A stretch of 64,000 nucleotides of DNA. Source: Marinagarivorans sp. (lineage in GTDB: Bacteria > Pseudomonadota > Gammaproteobacteria > Pseudomonadales > Cellvibrionaceae). How positions within the stretch are numbered: the stretch's first letter is position 1; the number at the start of each line of letters is the position of its first letter. The stretch spans positions 453,242-517,241 of the forward strand of contig JAXMGD010000003.1 of assembly GCA_046347475.1 (NCBI GenBank), given 5' to 3'. Of the stretch, positions 19,925-29,661 are shown piece after piece. The notes under the pieces were generated by a model. The model saw only the letters and a program-made list of their open reading frames with translations, was not told where the DNA came from and searched no databases. Made by a program: the position numbers and the translations under genes.

Positions 19925-21196
19925 TTATTGATAACCGGCAGGGAAGGGGTTGGGCTCCATCAGGTCTTTGGTTTCATACACCACCTTGTACTGGCCATCC
20001 GGTTGAGCCAGGCCTATGCGGGTTTTTGACCACAAGTGGTGGTTGGGGTGGATTTTTACGTAGCCTTCCGGTGCGGTTTTAAGCTCAATATCGGGCGAAG
20101 CTTTTTTGATTTTATCTATATCAAAGGAGCCGGCCTTTTCCACCGCTGCTTTCCACAACCAGGGCCCTAAATAGGCGGCTTGAGTCACATCACCGATCAC
20201 CACATTAGCGCCCCATTTTTCTTTAAAGGCTTTTACGAAGGCTTTGTTGTTGTCATTATCCAGGCTTTGGAAATATTTCATGGCGGCAAACGCGCCTGCG
20301 ATATTTTCACCACCGATCCCTTGAATTTCATCTTCAGTAACCGAGATGGTTAAAAGAGTTTGTTTATTCAGCTCAATGCCCGCGGCTTTTAATTGCTTGT
20401 AAAAGGCCACGTTCGAGCCGCCCACCACAATGGCGTAAATAACATCCGGTTTTTTGAGCTTAATTTTGTTGATCACCGAGTTAAATTGGGTATGGCCGAG
20501 CGGATAATATTCTTCACCCACTACGCTTAAGCCCAGCTTTTCAATGTGTTTGCGGGCAATTTTGTTGGAGGTGCGCGGCCAGATATAATCAGAGCCCAAT
20601 AAATAAAAGGTTTTTGCGCCTTTTTCTTTCACTACCCAGTCAATGCCGGCCAATATTTGTTGGGTAGCCTCTTGGCCGGTGTAAATTACGTTAGGCGATT
20701 GTTCTAAGCCTTCGTAAAAGGTCGGGTAATACAACATACCGTTGTACTGTTCAAATACAGGTAACACCGCTTTACGGGAGGCCGATGTCCAGCAGCCGAA
20801 TACGGCAGCCGCCTTATCGTTTACCAAAAGTTTTTTGGATTTTTCAGCGAAGGTTGGCCAGTCGCTGGCGCCATCTTCTTGAATAAATTCTATTTTGCGG
20901 CCTAATACCCCGCCTGCGGCATTAATTTGTTCAATGGCGAGTTTTTCTGCTTGCACAGAACCGGTTTCGCTGATGGCCATGGTACCGGTGACCGAATGTA
21001 AAATACCGACTTTTACTGTGCTGTCGGTAACGGCAAGGCCGGTGGTGTTTACCTCGGCCGTGCTGGTGCCTGCAAAACTGGCTGCACACAGTAGGGAACT
21101 ACTTAAAAACGCCGATATTTTTTTAAGAAATAAAGATGGGGTGTGTTTAATAGCGGTGGAGCGCTTACTTAATGGTAGACAATTTTGACTAAGCAT
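19925..21196 (-). CDS. urtA: Periplasmic urea/amide-binding protein (UrtA/FmdD-like)
   Basis: 423 aa with signal peptide and a type-I periplasmic binding fold (LivK-like). First gene of the cluster. Confidence 0.75.
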   Translation of the reverse strand: MLSQNCLPLSKRSTAIKHTPSLFLKKISAFLSSSLLCAASFAGTSTAEVNTTGLAVTDSTVKVGILHSVTGTMAISETGSVQAEKLAIEQINAAGGVLGRKIEFIQEDGASDWPTFAEKSKKLLVNDKAAAVFGCWTSASRKAVLPVFEQYNGMLYYPTFYEGLEQSPNVIYTGQEATQQILAGIDWVVKEKGAKTFYLLGSDYIWPRTSNKIARKHIEKLGLSVVGEEYYPLGHTQFNSVINKIKLKKPDVIYAIVVGGSNVAFYKQLKAAGIELNKQTLLTISVTEDEIQGIGGENIAGAFAAMKYFQSLDNDNNKAFVKAFKEKWGANVVIGDVTQAAYLGPWLWKAAVEKAGSFDIDKIKKASPDIELKTAPEGYVKIHPNHHLWSKTRIGLAQPDGQYKVVYETKDLMEPNPFPAGYQ

Positions 21197-21647
21197 AATG
21201 TTTCCTCAAAAGACCAGCGGGCAAATCGAGGTGCCATGGTTGATCAAAATGGGCAGGGAAACTATGCGGCAAATGTCGCAGGTGTATACGTCATTTACCC
21301 CAGGTAGTGGCGCAGAGCATTGGAGCGGTTTTTGACGAGTCGTGTGAGCGCGCAGAAATAATGTGCCGAGGACAAATAGAGTTGGCCGCACAGATTGGCA
21401 TAACACTGGCTATAGAAGCAGTGGCATATAATGTCTGCCACCCGAATTTTGGCGGTAATTGTGTCGGCATTGTCTATGATCGCTTGGTTTACACAGGCTT
21501 ATGCGGGGCACTTTTCTTACATGGATGTTTTTGAGCACACGCCAACACAACCTTACTAAGGCTTTTAATTCTTACATTATCGCGATTTTTCGCACTCGCT
21601 TGCTTAGGGCGCGCACTAAAAGCAGTCATTAGAGCGATGTATTTTCT

Positions 21648-24600
21648 ATGAATGCACCACAACAGATCTTTCGCGTGCGCAGGCAATACAACCAGTGGGT
21701 GAATAATCAAACCCTGGAAGATTACGCCCTGCGTTTTACCGCGAAGCATGCGCGCCGCTGGTCGCCTTTAAGTGTGGCGACTACTGCGCTGGGCGGCATT
21801 TCATTTTTAGCCCTTGAGGCCATAGGTGCCGTTAATACTTTAAGTTTTGGCGTTGCCAACACCCTGGTGGCCACCTGTTGTGTGGCGCTGCTTATTTTTA
21901 TTATGGGCACACCCATTTGTTATTACGCCGCCAAATACGGCTTGGATATAGATCTATTAACCCGCGGTGCAGGCTTCGGTTATCTAGGCTCTACCATCAC
22001 CTCATTAATTTACGCATCGTTTACGTTTATTTTTTTCGCCCTTGAGGCCGCTATCATGGCGCTGGCCCTCGAACATCTACTGCATGTGCCCTTATTTATT
22101 GGTTATATCCTCTGCTCCCTGATTATTATTCCCCTGGTCACCTTTGGTATAACGCTCATCAGCCAGCTGCAAAAATTTACCCAGCCCGTGTGGATTGTTT
22201 TGCAGCTATTGCCGTTTATTGCGCTGTTTGCCACCCAGGGCGATATTCTGGCCCAGTGGGTAGACTATCCGGGTAATACTGGCCGGGGTGAGGTGGCCAT
22301 TATGTATTGGGGGGCGGCCGCATCGGTACTATTTGCGCTGGTGGCCCAAATTGGCGAGCAAGTGGATTATCTGCGTTTTATGCCGGAAAAAACCCCGCAT
22401 AATCGCTGGCAGTGGTGGATCAATTTATTCGTGGCAGGCCCAGGTTGGATACTTTTGGGGGCGGCTAAAATTATGGCGGGTTCACTTTTGGCCTATGTGG
22501 CCATTGGGCAGGGATTAAATGCGGCGGATGCCAGTGACCCGACTCATATGTACCGAGTGGGGTTTTCTTTTTTAACCACTTCACCCACATTGGCGCTGGT
22601 GCTAGCGGCTATTTTTGTCATGGTGTCGCAAATAAAAATAAATGTCACCAATGCCTACGCAGGTTCCATTGCCTGGTCGAATTTTTTCTCGCGCTTAACC
22701 CATAGCCATCCAGGCCGTGTGGTATGGCTAATTTTTAATGTATTTATTTCCTTATCCTTAATGGAGCTGGGTATCTACCACGCCTTTGAGGCCACGCTGG
22801 GCATTTATGCTCTGATCGCCCTTGCTTGGCTTGGCAGTTTATTTGCGGATTTAAGCATTAATAAACCGCTTAAACTCAGCCCCCAGCACATCGAATTTAA
22901 ACGCGCTTATTTATATGCCATTAATCCTGTAGGGGTTGGCAGCATGTTACTCGCCAGTGCCCTGGGCGTTACCAGCTATTTAGGCGGCTTGGGTGTGGAA
23001 TTAAAAGCCTGGGCGCCTTTTATTACCCTAGGCAGTACACTCATTTTAGTGCCTGCCATCGCCTGGATTACCGGCGGCCGCTATTATTTGGCGCGGGAAA
23101 ATCAACTGCTCGAGGTGGCCGCTCAGCACACCTGTTGTATTTGCCAAAATTCCTACGAGCCTGAGGATGTAGCCCTCTGCCCGGCGTATAACGGCCCGAT
23201 CTGTTCGTTGTGTTGTTCGCTGGATTCGCGCTGTAATGACGTGTGCAAGCCCAAACACAATGCTACCCAGGCTTTATTGGGCTACCTGCAAAAATACCTG
23301 CGCAACACCATCAACCCTGCTGCGGGTAGGCTGAGCGTACATTTTTTTGCGCTGTTTATTCTGTTGGGGGTTGTCACCGCCGTACTGCTGCATTTGGTGA
23401 TGTTTAATGTGCAGCCTACCTCGGTAGAAACCCGCCAATTGTTACAGCATACGCTGCTAAAAGTCTTTTTTATCCTAATGATTATTGCAGGCGTAATTAT
23501 TTGGCTGGTGGTGTTAGCCCATGAAAGCAGGCAGGTGGCGCAAGATGAATCCCAACGGCAAAACCGTTTATTGTTAGAAGAAATCAGCGCTCACCGCGCT
23601 ACGGATTTGCAATTACAAAAAGCCAAAGAACAGGCCGAAGCAGCCAATAATGCCAAAAGCCGCTATTTAACCGGCATCAGCCACGAGTTGCGCACCCCGC
23701 TAAATGCCATATTAGGCTACGCCCAACTGCTTGAGCACGACCCGGAAATTCCGCCGGCCAAACGGGAAAAAATCGCCGTCATGCGCAACAGCAGCCAACA
23801 CCTGGAAGATTTAATAGAAGGCCTGTTGGATATTTCTAAAATTGAATCTGGCCGCTTGGATATTCGCCGTAATAAAGTGAATATCCGTGAGTTATTTGAG
23901 CAGGTTGTCTCTTTGTTTAGATTGCAAGCCGAAGAGAAAAACCTAGCGTTTATTTATCAGCTCACCAGCCCCTTGCCTGAGCGAGTGATTACGGACGAAC
24001 AGAGGCTACGGCAAATTTTAATTAATCTATTGTCCAACGCCATTAAATACACCCAGGAGGGCTACGTAAAATTGCAGGTAAAATACCGTAATCAGGTGGC
24101 GGAATTTAGTGTTGAAGACTCAGGCGTGGGTATAGACGAGAGCGATAGAGAACTCATTTTTAAACCCTTTGAGCGCATCCGCCGCCCCGGTGTGCCGAGC
24201 GTTACCGGCACTGGCCTGGGCCTTACGATTACGCGTTTATTGGTGGATATTATGGGCGGTGAATTAGAAGTGTGCGCCAATACACCGCGCGGCACGCGTT
24301 TTACCGTTTGGTTAATGCTCTCCTCCGTGGTGGATGCCGAGCCCGTATCGGTGCAAACACCACAACAACCATTGGGTTTTTTAGGCGATAAAAAAACTGT
24401 GGTGGTAGTGGATGATGACCCGGCCCATCGGGGGTTAATTGGCGATATTTTAATTCCCCTCGGCTTTAATGTGGTGGAATGTGCAGATGCCGAAAGCCTA
24501 TTAAAACTGCGCAGCCAATTGGCGCCGGATATATTTTTATTAGATGTGAATTTACCGGGTATGCAAGGCTGGGAATTGGTGCAGCACCTGCGGCGTTATT

Positions 24601-24998
24601 TTCCTGATGTGCCCCTGGTAATGTTATCGGCCAATGTGCATGAAGAGCAGGGCGCCGATCTGATTAACCCCCTGCATACGGCCTATTTATTAAAGCCTAT
24701 TAAAGTAGCCCATTTATTAGGCGTGCTACAAAAATCTCTTCATCTCACCTGGCAATATGCCCCCGCCCTGAACGAGCGCAGTACAAGCGCCCCAGCTGCG
24801 GCTTTAGGGCTTAGTCGCGGGCAAATAGAACAGGCCATGGATTGGGCTAAAAGCGGCTATTTTAGCGCGCTAAAAAATATTTTTAATGAGTGGGAAGCCC
24901 AGTTGGGGGCGGATAACCGCCATATCATTACTTTAAAAACACTGCTGCACGCCATGCAGTTTAACCGCATTAATGAATACCTAAGTGATTGTTTATGA
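21648..24998 (+). CDS. Hybrid sensor histidine kinase with an N-terminal NCS1 (purine-cytosine permease)-like 12-TM domain, a Cys-rich segment, HisKA, HATPase and a C-terminal REC
   Basis: N-terminal region aligns with CodB-type permeases (YAAKYGLDIDLLTRGAGFGYLGST vs CodB GAKTGLTTHLLARFSFGVKGS). 10 Cys in 45 aa (CCICQNSYEPEDVALCPAYNGPICSLCCSLDSRCNDVCKP). H-box SHELRTPLNAILGYAQLL. REC domain VVVVDDDPAHRGLIGDIL...DIFLLDVNLPGMQGWELV. Confidence 0.85.
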   Translation: MNAPQQIFRVRRQYNQWVNNQTLEDYALRFTAKHARRWSPLSVATTALGGISFLALEAIGAVNTLSFGVANTLVATCCVALLIFIMGTPICYYAAKYGLDIDLLTRGAGFGYLGSTITSLIYASFTFIFFALEAAIMALALEHLLHVPLFIGYILCSLIIIPLVTFGITLISQLQKFTQPVWIVLQLLPFIALFATQGDILAQWVDYPGNTGRGEVAIMYWGAAASVLFALVAQIGEQVDYLRFMPEKTPHNRWQWWINLFVAGPGWILLGAAKIMAGSLLAYVAIGQGLNAADASDPTHMYRVGFSFLTTSPTLALVLAAIFVMVSQIKINVTNAYAGSIAWSNFFSRLTHSHPGRVVWLIFNVFISLSLMELGIYHAFEATLGIYALIALAWLGSLFADLSINKPLKLSPQHIEFKRAYLYAINPVGVGSMLLASALGVTSYLGGLGVELKAWAPFITLGSTLILVPAIAWITGGRYYLARENQLLEVAAQHTCCICQNSYEPEDVALCPAYNGPICSLCCSLDSRCNDVCKPKHNATQALLGYLQKYLRNTINPAAGRLSVHFFALFILLGVVTAVLLHLVMFNVQPTSVETRQLLQHTLLKVFFILMIIAGVIIWLVVLAHESRQVAQDESQRQNRLLLEEISAHRATDLQLQKAKEQAEAANNAKSRYLTGISHELRTPLNAILGYAQLLEHDPEIPPAKREKIAVMRNSSQHLEDLIEGLLDISKIESGRLDIRRNKVNIRELFEQVVSLFRLQAEEKNLAFIYQLTSPLPERVITDEQRLRQILINLLSNAIKYTQEGYVKLQVKYRNQVAEFSVEDSGVGIDESDRELIFKPFERIRRPGVPSVTGTGLGLTITRLLVDIMGGELEVCANTPRGTRFTVWLMLSSVVDAEPVSVQTPQQPLGFLGDKKTVVVVDDDPAHRGLIGDILIPLGFNVVECADAESLLKLRSQLAPDIFLLDVNLPGMQGWELVQHLRRYFPDVPLVMLSANVHEEQGADLINPLHTAYLLKPIKVAHLLGVLQKSLHLTWQYAPALNERSTSAPAAALGLSRGQIEQAMDWAKSGYFSALKNIFNEWEAQLGADNRHIITLKTLLHAMQFNRINEYLSDCL

Positions 24999-25906
24999 AA
25001 ACCTCAGAGTTTAGCGGCCCCTGTGTATTGATTGTGGATGATTCGGCCGATACCCTGTCTATGTTGAACGACACTCTTGAACAAGCGGGCATGAATTGTT
25101 TATTAGCGCTGGATGCCAAACAAGCGCTCTCCATCGCGGCGCGTATGCTGCCGGATATTATTCTGGTGGATGCCATCATGCCCAATACCACGGGGTTTGA
25201 TTTATGCCAGCAGCTCAAACACGAGCGGGAATTACACGATATTCCGGTGATTTTTATGACGGGCCTTAACGATGCGGACAGTTTAGTAAAAGCTTTTTCC
25301 GTTGGCGCGGCGGATTTTATTACTAAGCCTATTAACACAGCCGAATTAGTAGCCCGAATGCGCGTGCATATTGCCAACACGCGCATTCGCCAAAGCGCAC
25401 AATCAGCTTTGGATCAAGCGGGCCATTATGTTTTTGCTATTACGCCAACGGGCGCGCTCTTGTGGAGTACACCATTGGTTAATCAACTGCTACAACAGGC
25501 CGGTGCCGATGATGCCTGGATGAGTGCTCAATTAGCGGCACAATTAAAAACCTGGCTTGCGCGCAATCCCATGCAGGGCAATGCCCTAGTCATTCGCGCG
25601 CCTGAGCGAGAATTTAGTTTAATTTTGCTCGGCCACAGCGGCCCCGGGGAAATTCTATTGCGCTTGATGCCCAATCAAGGGTTGGATGAATCCCAGGTAT
25701 TGCGTGAGCAACTGCATTTAACCGGCCGTGAAGCGGATGTTTTATTGTGGATTAGCCGCGGTAAAACCAACCGCGAGATGGCGCAAATTTTAGAAATTAG
25801 CCCGCGCACGATTAATAAACACCTTGAGCAGGTGTTTAAAAAACTGCAAGTGGATAACCGCACCAGTGCAGCGCGGATTGCGCTAGAGGTATTCGCACAG
25901 AAGTAA
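24989..25906 (+). CDS. Response regulator: REC, middle domain, LuxR/FixJ-type HTH
   Basis: CVLIVDDSADTL...LVDAIMP receiver. C-terminal EADVLLWISRGKTNREMAQILEISPRTINKHLEQVFKKL. Overlaps the upstream kinase by 10 nt. Confidence 0.85.
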   Translation: MFMKTSEFSGPCVLIVDDSADTLSMLNDTLEQAGMNCLLALDAKQALSIAARMLPDIILVDAIMPNTTGFDLCQQLKHERELHDIPVIFMTGLNDADSLVKAFSVGAADFITKPINTAELVARMRVHIANTRIRQSAQSALDQAGHYVFAITPTGALLWSTPLVNQLLQQAGADDAWMSAQLAAQLKTWLARNPMQGNALVIRAPEREFSLILLGHSGPGEILLRLMPNQGLDESQVLREQLHLTGREADVLLWISRGKTNREMAQILEISPRTINKHLEQVFKKLQVDNRTSAARIALEVFAQK

Positions 25907-25966
25907 ATAAGCGCAAACCGCATAAAATTTGCCTGCCCCTTGCCGTCGGCCTATTTCAACGAGCTG

Positions 25967-26887
25967 TTAAATAGGCACCTGAAACTTCAGTTCAGCTTGT
26001 TTTGCACAAAAATCGCTAATGCTCATGGATTTTCCTGCCGGGTCAAAAATTACAGGCATGGAAACACCGTCTAATAAATCGACGTAATTTTTGGGATATT
26101 TTTTGTTCAGCAATGGCATGACAGGCGCCACCACGTAGCAGCCGGACGCCAGCGCCGCTTTGCTGCAGAATTCTCGATTGGCTCCTATATTACAGCCGCC
26201 AAACCAGATGACACAGTTGGCCGCCATGCGGCCTTTTAGCGTTTTAAATACGCTTTCTACATTGCCTACATCCATTCGTAAATTGCCTAATTTGAAGCCT
26301 GCGACAAATAAGCAAATTTTGCTCATATCCTGTTTGTCGCGCTCGTTGGGCACGCCGCCATGGCTGGAGATCACTATATGGTGTGTGCCTTCGGCTACGC
26401 CGCTTAAGAGGCCTTGAGGGTTGGTGGCCACTTCACTAAATTTTCGTGTGGTCTGCATTTCATAGGCAACTGCATCGGGTGCATTAATAGCAACTGAGCG
26501 GCCTTCAAGTTTGGTGAGCGATATGGCCGCTGGTGTATTGGCTCTGCGCGCTAACACCTCAACTTGCATATGCACATCATCCATGATTTTGCTCGGATCA
26601 TTTTGGTAAAAATAAATCATCGTGAAACCAGGGCTTTCTGCATAAAACTTTACGCTGGCGCCAGCCCCTTTACTAGTTAGTGTGAGTGCTTTAGGCGCTG
26701 CGGCGCTCGGGCCTAAAACCACGTTAGGATTATTAGAGGCCACCTGTAAACCCGCAGTAAAATGTTCCACATTTAATTCAGCAAAGGCCCATTGGCGCAC
26801 CTGAACTTTCCAGAAGTAACCAGATGGGGTAAAAGAACAATTCGCCTTGGGAAAATTGGGGTGCCGGGTAAATTTGATTGCGGACAT
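25967..26887 (-). CDS. Hypothetical protein (306 aa); C-terminal half has possible His/Cys hydrolase-like motifs
   Basis: No confident family. Motifs IVISSHGG and VIWFGGCNIG resemble His/Cys dyads of caspase-fold or CHAT-like peptidases. This is speculative. Confidence 0.55.
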   Translation of the reverse strand: MSAIKFTRHPNFPKANCSFTPSGYFWKVQVRQWAFAELNVEHFTAGLQVASNNPNVVLGPSAAAPKALTLTSKGAGASVKFYAESPGFTMIYFYQNDPSKIMDDVHMQVEVLARRANTPAAISLTKLEGRSVAINAPDAVAYEMQTTRKFSEVATNPQGLLSGVAEGTHHIVISSHGGVPNERDKQDMSKICLFVAGFKLGNLRMDVGNVESVFKTLKGRMAANCVIWFGGCNIGANREFCSKAALASGCYVVAPVMPLLNKKYPKNYVDLLDGVSMPVIFDPAGKSMSISDFCAKQAELKFQVPI

Positions 26888-27124
26888 AGGATATTCCTGT
26901 GTTAACCAAATTAAAGTTGGCTCAACCCGTTTGGTTGAGTTGAGGGCTTAGATGAGAATAACACTGTTAACGGACCTAATCAGTGTGTCGGCTGCCCACT
27001 TATTTAAAATGCTAGCTATGCCACAGGTTAAGGGATGAGTTATCTCTTTAGGGCGCCTCCGGAAATTCACTTTTCGCGCCCTCGCTGCGTTATTTTCGTG
27101 CTCAGTCGGTCATTTATACCGCAT

Positions 27125-27250
27125 AAACTTCCTTCTTCGGCTTTGGTATCCTCGACTTTGGCTCCTGCATTGCTCTACCGCCTAAATCCATTTCGGCGTG
27201 CGTCACCCTACCTCCTGCATCCATGCATTCGTCCGCGCGAAAATGCCTTG
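27125..27250. repeat. Intergenic repeat, family C (diverged copy)
   Basis: Shares cctcgactttgg...ctacc.cc...ctgcatccatgcattcgtccgcg with copies at 11790 and 37960. Confidence 0.45.
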
Positions 27251-27299
27251 CGAGCATCACAAAAATTGAATTTCCAGAGGTGCCCTTTAGTTTTGAGGC

Positions 27300-27445
27300 G
27301 CCCTTAACCTAAGAAGCGGCTGATTAATTTCAGGTTTTGCCTTTTTTCAATGCGCCCGGCTGTCTCCCTGTAGCGCAGGTAAGGGCTCCATGCCCGCGGC
27401 GGTTTTAAAAAAAAGGAAAAACCCGTAATTACTAAGTAGGTCCGT
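27300..27445. repeat. Palindromic intergenic repeat, family B copy 1 (inverted orientation)
   Basis: Reverse complement matches the 37664-37790 and 53603-53745 copies (ttttgcctttttcaaaa...cgcgggcatggagccc...ctacaggga...gaaaaaaggcaaaacc). Confidence 0.7.
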
Positions 27446-27817
27446 TCAACTGCGCGCTGGCTATTAATAATCAGTACCCTAATTAACACGGTCAAATCCT
27501 TAACCGAAATGGGCAGCTTATTTTCTGCAGCATCGCTCGATTTCTCCTGTGTTTGTCCTGTTGTTTTCCTTGGCGAATCCTATGATGTCCTGGTTATTTC
27601 CTTGGCTGATGGCATCCGTTCATGTGGCCTTATTGGCGCGCGACGGTTTGGGCCGCGGGGGCTGCCATCCCTGCAGGCTAGCGTCCTTGCCTACTGGAGG
27701 TAAGAATAGAGCCCTCGGCTGCGGCCGTCTGTGCGAAAAATTGCCCGCCCCAGGTGATAAATTCACCAAGGGCACAGGGCAGGGTGGCAGGCTCGCTTTT
27801 TTAAAGCCTTATTTTGC

Positions 27818-29419
27818 CTACTGGGTTTTTAGGCTAGAGAGGATCTGTCCAAAACCTAAGCCGAACTTGGCCAGATATTGTTTAAGCCGGTGGCTATCGT
27901 TACTGGAGGCTTTTTGCGTGCGGCTGGCGTTAAATAATGTGCGGCCGGCTTGCGCGAGGCTCACACTGCTTAAACATACTTCCACTACGGCATTTAATTG
28001 CAAGCGGTCAAATAAATCCATGGCGGCGAGGGTTTCATCATCGAGTAAATTTTTTAGATGATCCCTGTGGGAGGGCTGGTTTTGAAAACCACTCCAAGCC
28101 TGTTTTAGGCGGCTAATTTCACCGCTGACTATGTCCTCGCTAATTCGCCCGCCGCTGGCTAAGGTGGCCATGCGCGTAATGCTGGAGTTTAAATCGCGAA
28201 AATTTGCTCGCCACAGAGCTTCAGGCGAGTTGGCAAACTGTAAATACAGGCTGCGGGCTGCGCGATTAAAACTAACTTTGTACCCGGCCGCTTGGGTAAA
28301 TTTAGCCAGTTCATGCTCTAAGTTGGGTTCTAAATCTTCGATGCGCTCTTTTAACGAGGGCAGCCTGTAGGTCCATAAATTAATGCGGGCTAATAAATCT
28401 TCGCGAAATAATCCGTGCCGCACCTGTTCAAATAAATCCCGGTGGGTGCCAGCAATCAGTTGAAAATTGCTGTGTACGGCTTTATCGCTGCCAAGGGGTA
28501 TAAAGGTTTTTTCTTCCACGGCCCGCAATAACATGGCCTGTTCATCAAGGCCCAACTCGGCGATTTCATCGAGAAATAACAAGCCTTTGTCCGCTTCCCG
28601 CAACAGGCCGCTGCGAGCGTTCGCAGCTCCGGTAAAAGCGCCTTTTACATGGCCGAAGAGAGCGCTCATGGCGTTATCACCCCGCAGGGTAGCGCAGTTC
28701 ACCTCAATTAAAGGGCCGCTTAATTGGCCGCGCTGGTGTTTTAATTCATAAATGCGCCGCGCCAATTGGGATTTGCCCGCGCCCGTGGGGCCATTTAATA
28801 AAATCGGCGCGCGGGATTTTATGGACACCTGCTCAATTTGTGCGATAAGCGCATTAAATTCAGCGTTGCGGGTGTGAATACCATTTTTTAAATGGGTGAG
28901 GGCGTCTTGAGTTTCTTTGGCAAAGCGCGAGGCGATTTGATCATAGCGGGAGAGATCCAAATCGATAATCTGGTAGCTGCCTTGGGTGCCTTCTTTACTG
29001 GGCGAAGCCTGAATTAATTTACCCGGCAGGTAATGCGCTTCGGTTAATAAATACAAACAAATTTGTACCACATGGGTACCGGTAGTGATGTTAATAAAAT
29101 ACTGGTTGCGCTCCACATCAAACGCATAGTTGCGGGCTACATCGTGCAGGGCGCCGTACACCTGCTCAAAATCCCATGCATCGGCCACGTCTATAGGCAC
29201 GGCTGTTACCTGGGTGTTGGGCGCAACGCTTGCCATATCCGCAAGGGTTACGCGCAGCAGGGCCTCATCCCCCGGCATATACAGCAACAGATATTCACTA
29301 ATTATCAGCTGCGGGTGCATAAGTAGGGCGAGGCTCGGCCGCCAGCGATCCCAGCGTTTTTTACCCAGCCCACCGTGGTCCAGGCGAGAGCCTAGAATGC
29401 CAATCAATACATTATTCAT
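27818..29419 (-). CDS. rtcR: RtcR, sigma-54-dependent transcriptional activator with N-terminal CARF domain
   Basis: N-terminus MNNVLIGILGSRLDHGGLGKKRWDRWRPSLALL matches the RtcR CARF domain. AAA+ sigma-54 interaction domain (GPTGAGKS, GAFTGA). Divergent from rtcB. Confidence 0.85.
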   Translation of the reverse strand: MNNVLIGILGSRLDHGGLGKKRWDRWRPSLALLMHPQLIISEYLLLYMPGDEALLRVTLADMASVAPNTQVTAVPIDVADAWDFEQVYGALHDVARNYAFDVERNQYFINITTGTHVVQICLYLLTEAHYLPGKLIQASPSKEGTQGSYQIIDLDLSRYDQIASRFAKETQDALTHLKNGIHTRNAEFNALIAQIEQVSIKSRAPILLNGPTGAGKSQLARRIYELKHQRGQLSGPLIEVNCATLRGDNAMSALFGHVKGAFTGAANARSGLLREADKGLLFLDEIAELGLDEQAMLLRAVEEKTFIPLGSDKAVHSNFQLIAGTHRDLFEQVRHGLFREDLLARINLWTYRLPSLKERIEDLEPNLEHELAKFTQAAGYKVSFNRAARSLYLQFANSPEALWRANFRDLNSSITRMATLASGGRISEDIVSGEISRLKQAWSGFQNQPSHRDHLKNLLDDETLAAMDLFDRLQLNAVVEVCLSSVSLAQAGRTLFNASRTQKASSNDSHRLKQYLAKFGLGFGQILSSLKTQ

Positions 29420-29556
29420 AAGGATAAATGCCTATCTATATAGATACATAAAGCTGCCGATCTCAGTGTAGTGGGGCTAGGCAGGCGGCGTCCAGGCAAA
29501 AATAAAACCTTTTAAAAACAGATAGCTATAAATTTTAATCTCGGCGTTTAGGCAGG

Positions 29557-29572
29557 TTGGCAACGGCCTTGC
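29557..29572 (+). promoter_or_regulatory. Sigma-54 (-24/-12) promoter for rtcB
   Basis: TTGGCAACGGCCTTGC is TGGCA-N6-TTGC with exact GG-N10-GC spacing, about 90 nt upstream of the rtcB start codon. Confidence 0.75.
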
Positions 29573-29661
29573 TATTAAGGGTTTATCTGGAGCATCGATC
29601 CAGCCAACACAAGGCGCAATGCCAACAGGCTGAGCGCTTATATAGATTCAAGGTGGAACCC

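Noticed and set aside
21220-21236. Sigma-54-like sequence upstream of urtA on the minus strand (coordinates approximate)
   Set aside because: Its reverse complement is TGGCACCTCGATTTGC, which gives GG-N11-GC spacing. Sigma-54 requires N10.
27549-28061. 170-aa + strand ORF
   Set aside because: It overlaps the 3' end of the well-supported rtcR gene in antisense and starts within a repeat-rich region.
29557-29661. 5' extension of the rtcB ORF (track start at 29557)
   Set aside because: The extension overlaps the sigma-54 -24/-12 promoter. A conserved RtcB N-terminus with a good RBS begins at 29662.
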